Below, one piece after another: positions 57,917-64,000 of a stretch of 64,000 bases of DNA. A model generated the notes under the pieces. That model was not told where the DNA came from. It did no database searches and was given only the letters and a program-made list of their open reading frames with translations. Both the position numbers and the translations under genes were made by a program. Source of the DNA: Gammaproteobacteria bacterium (lineage in GTDB: Bacteria > Pseudomonadota > Gammaproteobacteria > Eutrophobiales > Eutrophobiaceae); NCBI GenBank assembly GCA_965116495.1, contig OZ220696.1:4000001-4064000 (forward strand), read 5' to 3'. How positions within the stretch are numbered: position 1 is the stretch's first letter; each line of letters starts with the position of its first letter.

Positions 57917-58411
57917 ATGCCCCGTTCACGTTCACAAATTGATACACACGGATTCCGCGCTAACGTGGCGATCGTCCTGTTCAACGATGAAGGCCGCCTG
58001 TTCTGGGCAAAGCGGGTAGGCATGGATGCTTGGCAGTTTCCCCAGGGCGGCATCAGGCAGGACGAGTCTGTTGAAGCGGCCATGTACAGGGAATTGAATG
58101 AGGAAGTCGGGCTGTTGCCCGAACACGTGGAAGTGGTCGGCGTCAGCCGGAACTGGTTACAGTACAAGCTACCGAAAAAATACATCCGGCGTCATGTCAG
58201 GCCGCTCTGTATCGGCCAGAAACAACGCTGGTACCTGCTTAAACTGACCGGTGATGAAAGCAACGTCAACCTGGCCTCGAGCAGGCGCCCCGAATTTGAC
58301 CACTGGCGCTGGGTAGACACCTCAGAGCCCGCCAGAAGCGTCGTGTTCTTTAAACGGGATGTCTACAAACGGGCACTGGCGGAATTGGAACCGCTGATGA
58401 AGGTTTCCTAA
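57917..58411 (+). CDS. rppH: RNA pyrophosphohydrolase
   Basis: GFRANV, WQFPQGG, RELNEEVG and CIGQKQ motifs. Confidence 0.95.
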   Translation: MPRSRSQIDTHGFRANVAIVLFNDEGRLFWAKRVGMDAWQFPQGGIRQDESVEAAMYRELNEEVGLLPEHVEVVGVSRNWLQYKLPKKYIRRHVRPLCIGQKQRWYLLKLTGDESNVNLASSRRPEFDHWRWVDTSEPARSVVFFKRDVYKRALAELEPLMKVS

Positions 58412-58438
58412 CCCATATCACTTGGTGAGAAATCCGGT

Positions 58439-58810
58439 CTAGCGCTGGTTCGATTTCTCCATCATAAGCAACGGCAACAAGCGCCGGATAGCCCCGTTCT
58501 TTATTCTCTCTACCGCACCCGTAAAGAATTCGGGGTTGACCCCGTTGTCCGTCAGGGCGGTTTGCAGTTCGGCCAGGATCGAACTGCAGGATTCAACCGC
58601 ATTGCCTGCGATGACGCGAATATCGGGACTGGACGCCACATGCTGCCGTGCGTTTTCCTGCAAACAGCTTGTATATGCCAGGTTTGTTTCGCCCATCAAC
58701 ATCATATCTGCGCTGTCAAACGAGTTTCTCAGCGGCGTTTCCGCAAATGCCGCAACGCCGGTAAGATACAGGAACATTATTAGCCCGTATTTCCTGCCGG
58801 GGCTAACCAT
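58439..58810 (-). CDS. Small exported hypothetical protein
   Basis: Signal-peptide-like N-terminus, two Cys; start overlaps the dps stop. Confidence 0.6.
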   Translation of the reverse strand: MVSPGRKYGLIMFLYLTGVAAFAETPLRNSFDSADMMLMGETNLAYTSCLQENARQHVASSPDIRVIAGNAVESCSSILAELQTALTDNGVNPEFFTGAVERIKNGAIRRLLPLLMMEKSNQR

Positions 58811-59279
58811 GGTCTTCCAGCAAACTGCGCAGCATCCAGGCATTCTTTTCGTGAATTTGCATGCGTTGCGTCAACAGGTCCGCCGATGGTTCGTCATTGG
58901 CGCTCTCCACTACCGGGAAAATACTCCTGGCTGTCTTGACCACCGCTTCCTGGCCCTGGACCAGTTGCCGTATCATCTCCTGTGCACCGGGCACCCCGGT
59001 TTCTTCCGGGATCGAAGACAACCGGCTGAATTGCTGATAAGACCCCGGCGCCGCTACCCCGAGCGCCCTGATACGCTCAGCGATCTCATCCACTGCCGTC
59101 GCCAGCTCCGTATAGTGCTGTTCGAACAAGGTGTGCAAGGTAGTGAACATAGGTCCGGTCACGTTCCAATGAAAATTATGTGTCTTCAGGTACAGTGTAT
59201 AACTGTCGGCAAGCAACCTGGACAAACCTTCGGCTATCTGTTGCCGCTGGTTTTCGGAAATACCAATATCTATCTGCAT
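58803..59279 (-). CDS. dps: Dps-family ferritin-like protein
   Basis: KTHNFHWNVTG, LHTLFE, DEIAERIRAL and HEKNAWML motifs; GGAGG RBS before ATG 59279. Confidence 0.95.
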   Translation of the reverse strand: MQIDIGISENQRQQIAEGLSRLLADSYTLYLKTHNFHWNVTGPMFTTLHTLFEQHYTELATAVDEIAERIRALGVAAPGSYQQFSRLSSIPEETGVPGAQEMIRQLVQGQEAVVKTARSIFPVVESANDEPSADLLTQRMQIHEKNAWMLRSLLEDHG

Positions 59280-59401
59280 GTTTACCTCCTGTTCAATAGC
59301 GTGTTTGCCTGATTTAAAAACAGCATAGCGCAATATCGGGGATAACGATATTTTTAATATTTAATGGAATCGATAGATTAAATTAATCGATGACGATATT
59401 C

Positions 59402-59476
59402 GGGGTCAGAGTAAAAATACCTGATAGTACAGCAACGGTAACGCTACCGGATTGACCGTATTTTTACTCTGACCCC
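59402..59476. repeat. GGGGTCAGAGTAA element with perfect 19-bp arms and 37-nt spacer
   Basis: GGGGTCAGAGTAAAAATAC ... GTATTTTTACTCTGACCCC. Confidence 0.92.
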
Positions 59477-59543
59477 AGGTTTCCGGCAGGAGTCAGGGAA
59501 CTGCTGCAATACAAGTGATCTGATTTTCATATAAACTGTTGCC

Positions 59544-60071
59544 ATGTATAGGGATGCCGTCACACTCGCAAAGACTTATTTTTATATCTGCCTGTTGAAG
59601 TACCGGCCCCAGGATGTTCCCGCTTCCCGGGAATTACTGGTAATCAGCGTCGGTATTTATTTTCTGCTTGGTTACGTGTTGGCGGGGCTGGATGAGAACA
59701 TAGTGAATGCGCTGCCGGCAGCCATGGTCGATACCGTGTTTTTACTGGCATTCACCCTGTTACTTCTGTTGTTGCGCCGTATGCCGGGCAGGTGGATACA
59801 GACGGCAACGGCATTGGCAGGTACCGGGATAGTGTTTGGCCTGCTGCTCATGCCCGGTATCGTAATCCTGTCCGAATCCGGCCCGGTGACACTCATTCAA
59901 CAGATCCTGTCCATCCTGCTCTATCTTGTCCTAATCTGGTACGTGGTTGTACTGGCGCATATCTTCCGGCATGCGCTGTCGTCCTCGTTCGCACTCGGGA
60001 TATTCATCTCAATGATATACCTGTTGCTGGGGGTCTTCATCGAATTAACCATCGTATATCCGGAGCCGTGA
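59544..60071 (+). CDS. Hypothetical integral membrane protein
   Basis: About five TM helices, PQDVPAS motif; overlaps the mpl start. Confidence 0.78.
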   Translation: MYRDAVTLAKTYFYICLLKYRPQDVPASRELLVISVGIYFLLGYVLAGLDENIVNALPAAMVDTVFLLAFTLLLLLLRRMPGRWIQTATALAGTGIVFGLLLMPGIVILSESGPVTLIQQILSILLYLVLIWYVVVLAHIFRHALSSSFALGIFISMIYLLLGVFIELTIVYPEP

Positions 60072-61423
60072 ATCTGCATATACTCGGGATTTGCGGTACG
60101 TTTATGGGCGGCATCGCCCGTCTGGCGCAACAACTCGGACACCAGGTTGCCGGGAGCGATCAAAATGTTTACCCCCCCATGAGTGACGAGCTGGTGAAGT
60201 TGGGCATAGAGGTCAGGCAGGGTTATGAACCGGACTGGCTCAAGCCCAGGCCGGACCTGGTCATAGTCGGGAATGCCCTGTCGCGGGGCAACAGGAGCGT
60301 GGAGTACGTGCTGGCGGAGAAGCTGCCTTATATATCCGGACCGCAATGGCTGGCGGAAAATGTTTTGCCGGGACACACGGTATTTGCCGTTTCCGGCACA
60401 CACGGCAAAACCACTACTGCAAGTATACTTGCCTGGCTCCTGCATGCCGCGGGGCAGGACCCCGGGTTTCTGATCGGGGGGGTGCCGGAAAATTTCGGGC
60501 ACTCAGCAGCGCTCGGCAGTCCGGGTTTGTTCGTGGTTGAAGCCGATGAATATGACACTGCTTTTTTCGATAAACGTTCGAAGTTTATCCACTATCGCCC
60601 CGACGTATTAATTATCAATAATATAGAATATGATCACGCGGACATATTCGCTGACGTAGGGGCGATCCGGAGGCAGTTCCATCACCTTGTCCGGACCGTA
60701 CCCGGCAACGGCAGGATTATTGCAAAGGCGGCATGCCCACATATCGATACGGTACTGGAGATGGGATGCTGGTCGCCGCTGGACCGTTTTGGTGACAGTT
60801 CCTGCGTCTGGCAGACCGTGCCGTTGAACCCGGACTATTCGAAATTCCAGGTGGTCAGACAGGGACAGGAAGTTGGGAGAGTAGACTGGCCGTTATTTGG
60901 CGAGCATAACGCGGAAAATGCCCTGGCGGCGCTGATAGCGGCGTACAGTGCCGGCGTACTCCCGCAGCAGGCCTGTGCAAGCCTGTCCGCTTTTACCAGC
61001 GTAAAGCGGCGCTTGCAATTACTGGCGACGGTTGACGGCGTTTCAGTTTATGATGATTTCGCCCACCATCCGACAGCCATCGCGCACGCCTTGCAAGCAC
61101 TGAGAAACCGCATCGGTAATCAGCGTCTTATTGCCATACTGGAGTTGCGTTCGAACACGATGAAAGCAGGAATACATAAAGATACCCTGGCCGGGGCGCT
61201 GACTGCGGCAGACCTGGTCTATGTACTTGAACCTTCCAGGCTTGGCTGGGACCTGCGCACAAGTCTCAACGGCCTGGGTGACAGGTTGCGCGTGGCTCCC
61301 ACTGTGGGGGATATTGTGGAACAACTTGACCGGCTCCGGATGCGGCACGATCATATCCTGATCATGAGTAACGGCGGGTTCGATAATATTTACCGGCGTC
61401 TGATAGAGAGGTTGTCGAATTGA
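60068..61423 (+). CDS. mpl: Murein peptide ligase
   Basis: HILGICGTFMGG, GTHGKTTT, EADEYDTAFFDKRSKF and DDFAHHP motifs; GTG start at 60068. Confidence 0.96.
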   Translation: MNLHILGICGTFMGGIARLAQQLGHQVAGSDQNVYPPMSDELVKLGIEVRQGYEPDWLKPRPDLVIVGNALSRGNRSVEYVLAEKLPYISGPQWLAENVLPGHTVFAVSGTHGKTTTASILAWLLHAAGQDPGFLIGGVPENFGHSAALGSPGLFVVEADEYDTAFFDKRSKFIHYRPDVLIINNIEYDHADIFADVGAIRRQFHHLVRTVPGNGRIIAKAACPHIDTVLEMGCWSPLDRFGDSSCVWQTVPLNPDYSKFQVVRQGQEVGRVDWPLFGEHNAENALAALIAAYSAGVLPQQACASLSAFTSVKRRLQLLATVDGVSVYDDFAHHPTAIAHALQALRNRIGNQRLIAILELRSNTMKAGIHKDTLAGALTAADLVYVLEPSRLGWDLRTSLNGLGDRLRVAPTVGDIVEQLDRLRMRHDHILIMSNGGFDNIYRRLIERLSN

Positions 61424-62031
61424 TGCAAAACATTCCCTTGTTTCCGCTCCACACGGTTTTATATCCGGACGGACAATTGCCGTTGCGGATATTCGAGCCG
61501 CGCTACGTGGACATGGTCAGTAAGTGCCTGAAAAACAATACGGGATTTGGTGTTTGCCTGATAAAGCAGGGCGCGGAAACCGGTCCGGTCGCCACCTGTT
61601 TCAACATAGGCACCTACGCGGAAATTATTGATTTCTCCCGCCAGACTAATGGTTTGCTGACCATTACCATACAGGGAAAAAAACGCTTGAGGGTTTTGCA
61701 GACGGCTGTTCGGAGCAACAATTTACTCACAGGGGATATCGACTGGATCGCCCCGAACGAAGCGGAGGAAGATATGGAACAGTACCCGTTACTCAAGGAA
61801 CTGTACCAGCATATCGTCGAGAATTATGACACCTTGTACGAATATGAAGAGCGCTTATCCGTCAGTCCGGCAGTACTCAGCTATCGCCTGGCAGAATTTT
61901 TGCCGTTTGACAATAATATCAAGCAGGAAATCCTGGAAACAGACAAGGCGAATGACCGCCTGGAGTTAATCAATACAAACCTGATGAGCATGGAAATCGA
62001 GTTTGATACCAGCGGGACCAGTATGCAATAA
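61420..62031 (+). CDS. Lon N-terminal (substrate-binding) domain protein
   Basis: IPLFPL..VLYP...LPLRIFEPRY motif. Confidence 0.9.
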   Translation: MMQNIPLFPLHTVLYPDGQLPLRIFEPRYVDMVSKCLKNNTGFGVCLIKQGAETGPVATCFNIGTYAEIIDFSRQTNGLLTITIQGKKRLRVLQTAVRSNNLLTGDIDWIAPNEAEEDMEQYPLLKELYQHIVENYDTLYEYEERLSVSPAVLSYRLAEFLPFDNNIKQEILETDKANDRLELINTNLMSMEIEFDTSGTSMQ

Positions 62032-62044
62032 CGGGGCTTGACTA

Positions 62045-62695
62045 TTGCCTTACCCCGATTTAACCAAATCCATGGATCCGGCCACGCTCAGCCTGGCCGG
62101 CCTGACGCCCATGCTGGCGGTCTCTACAACGCTGCTCAGCAGTCTGTCGATAGGGATTGCCTACCTTGCCGTGCTGGTCCTGACCGGTGTAACCGTGTCC
62201 TGTACCAGGCGTTTTGTCCCGGCAGGTTTCAAATCTGTTTATGTGTTGCTGCTTGCAGCGGCCTGGGTCTCAATCATCGATTTACTGATGCAGTCCTGGT
62301 GCTATGCGCTCAGGGACCAACTGGGTATTTACCTGTGTCTCCTGGCTATGAATACTACTCTCCTGTTCCACCTGGAGGTGTCACCGCTGCAAAAAAGTCT
62401 GAGGGAGAGTGCACTGCCCGGTCTGAAAACAGCCCTGACAGGCGTTGCCCTGCTCACTGCGACAGGCCTGTTGCGTGAATTGGCGGCCACGGGAGGCGTC
62501 CTGACGGATATCCGCGTGCTGTCCCATGTTGAACTGTTGGCATCACTGCAGCCCGTACCCATTTTCACGAGGGGATTACCCCTGTTTGGCGCCAGCGCCG
62601 GCGCGTTCATCATCTTCGGATTACTGCTGGCTGCCCTGTCACATGCCGTCCCGGGTAGAATCCGGTCTTCCAGATCAGCCGCAGACGTTGAATAA
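62045..62695 (+). CDS. Divergent RnfE/RsxE-like membrane protein
   Basis: GLTPMLAVST, LGIYL.L, LLRE...TG and GAFIIFG motifs; immediately upstream of nth as in rsx operons. Confidence 0.75.
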   Translation: MPYPDLTKSMDPATLSLAGLTPMLAVSTTLLSSLSIGIAYLAVLVLTGVTVSCTRRFVPAGFKSVYVLLLAAAWVSIIDLLMQSWCYALRDQLGIYLCLLAMNTTLLFHLEVSPLQKSLRESALPGLKTALTGVALLTATGLLRELAATGGVLTDIRVLSHVELLASLQPVPIFTRGLPLFGASAGAFIIFGLLLAALSHAVPGRIRSSRSAADVE

Positions 62696-63344
62696 CACCA
62701 GGCGCGCACAGATCTTTTCCCTGTTGAGGCAGCACAACCCTGCGCCTGCGACGGAGCTTCGCTACACCAGTCCCTTCGAGTTGCTGGTATCCGTTATCCT
62801 GTCGGCGCAGGCGACGGATGTCAGCGTCAACAAGGCCACGGAAAAACTGTTCAGGACGGCCAATACGCCGGAACAGTTTATCAGGCTGGGCGGGCCGGGA
62901 TTGAAGCAATATATAAAATCGATCGGCCTTTACAATACCAAAGCCGAAAACATTATCAGGACCTGCCAAATCCTGGTCGAGACCCATGCCGGCGAGGTTC
63001 CCGAGAGTCGTGAAGCATTGGAAAAATTGCCGGGGGTCGGCAGGAAAACGGCAAACGTCATCCTCAATACCGCCTTCGGCCAGCCCACCATCGCCGTGGA
63101 TACCCACATATTCCGGGTATCCAACCGCACCGGTCTGGCGCCCGGCAAAAACGTCCTGGAAGTTGAGCAGCGCCTGCTGAAGCACGTCCCCGATGAGTAC
63201 AAACAGGACGCCCACCACTGGCTGATCCTGCACGGCCGTTATACCTGCATGGCGCGCAAACCGAAGTGTGGCGAGTGCCTGATTTATGACCTGTGTGAGT
63301 GGGGGGAGAAAAGATCGTTCAGGGACATTGATTATCCAAGATGA
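62688..63344 (+). CDS. nth: Endonuclease III
   Basis: LSAQATD, LPGVGRKTANV, VDTH and C-x6-C-x2-C-x5-C motifs; TTG start. Confidence 0.96.
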   Translation: MNNTRRAQIFSLLRQHNPAPATELRYTSPFELLVSVILSAQATDVSVNKATEKLFRTANTPEQFIRLGGPGLKQYIKSIGLYNTKAENIIRTCQILVETHAGEVPESREALEKLPGVGRKTANVILNTAFGQPTIAVDTHIFRVSNRTGLAPGKNVLEVEQRLLKHVPDEYKQDAHHWLILHGRYTCMARKPKCGECLIYDLCEWGEKRSFRDIDYPR

Positions 63345-63404
63345 TCCATTTACATTTGTTTAAAGTTGGTAAGCTGAACCAGATACACTCAAATAGGAAT
63401 GACC

Positions 63405-64000
63405 ATGTCAAGTTGCTATGATGTTTTTGCTGAATGTGTCTCCGCCATTCGAGGTGGCGAGCTCATTCAGGCCGTAAGCGCGACCGATAAGGAATATCAC
63501 TTTCAAAACTGGTTTCAAGCCAGACTTGATCATATTCACCTGAATTATGATGAACCAGGACGAAATACCTATCCTGACTTTCGTTTAGTCAATGTGCCGG
63601 AAGGTTATGAAGTAAAAGGACTTGCTACGCCGGGGCGCGACAAAAATTATGACAGCAACAGCCGGATACCTGCAGGATCACACAACGGACGTACGATTTT
63701 CTACGTATTCGGACGTTATCCCAAAGACCTCTCAGAGTTTGCAACAAACGCAGACGGCAACAAGGAATACCCTGTGATTGACCTGATTATTTGTCATGGA
63801 GATTTTTTGAATATCGATCATGGTTATATCCATGAAAACAAGAGCATAAAGTGTTTTGGCAGTTATGGTGATATCATGATTCGAGATCGGAAAATGTACG
63901 TGGTTCCAACTCCTTATGCCCTGACAACAGGTACGACAGGCGTTTACACTTTGATTGTACCGGGTGATTTTGCTGGCGATCCAAGGTTTGAACAAGTTGG
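63405..64000 (+). CDS. Putative PD-(D/E)xK endonuclease (type II restriction enzyme-like), 3' end outside window
   Basis: Open frame to the window end, not in the ORF track: MSSCYDVF...GRNTYPDFRLV...GYEVKG; more AT-rich than neighbours. Confidence 0.6.
   Translation, partial: MSSCYDVFAECVSAIRGGELIQAVSATDKEYHFQNWFQARLDHIHLNYDEPGRNTYPDFRLVNVPEGYEVKGLATPGRDKNYDSNSRIPAGSHNGRTIFYVFGRYPKDLSEFATNADGNKEYPVIDLIICHGDFLNIDHGYIHENKSIKCFGSYGDIMIRDRKMYVVPTPYALTTGTTGVYTLIVPGDFAGDPRFEQV

Overview
A 64-kb stretch of a gammaproteobacterial chromosome (no rRNA, tRNA, CRISPR or integrase seen). The core backbone comprises ffs-dnaX-ybaB-recR, an M48 peptidase/orn pair, dapC-dapD, leuB-asd-fimV-truA-trpFBA-accD-folC-dedD-cvpA-purF, phaA-phaR, sucA-sucB-lpdA, gltA-mdh-rppH, dps, mpl and nth. 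Accessory blocks are: (i) 1-9 kb, an uncharacterised catabolic operon, SorAB-type sulfite dehydrogenase with a FIST sensor, an F420-dependent nitroreductase and a collapsed RTX-type gene; (ii) 14-33 kb, a mosaic island with FAD oxidoreductase/C-N hydrolase/TonB receptor/PhyH dioxygenase, a complete AbiE system, vapB and higA antitoxins whose toxins survive only as C-terminal stubs, an intact IS1634-family element, and a CzcCBA efflux pump behind a BlaI/M56 regulator pair with a repeated operator; (iii) a partial PD-(D/E)xK nuclease at the right edge. The most striking unannotated signal is a dense family (about 14 copies) of intergenic palindromes with GGGG[A/T]C[A/G]G...C[C/T]G[A/T]CCCC arms. 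These show compensatory changes and variable loops, and one 42-bp subtype brackets the TonB receptor and PhyH genes like cassettes. All calls are by eye from motifs and context; no searches were run.
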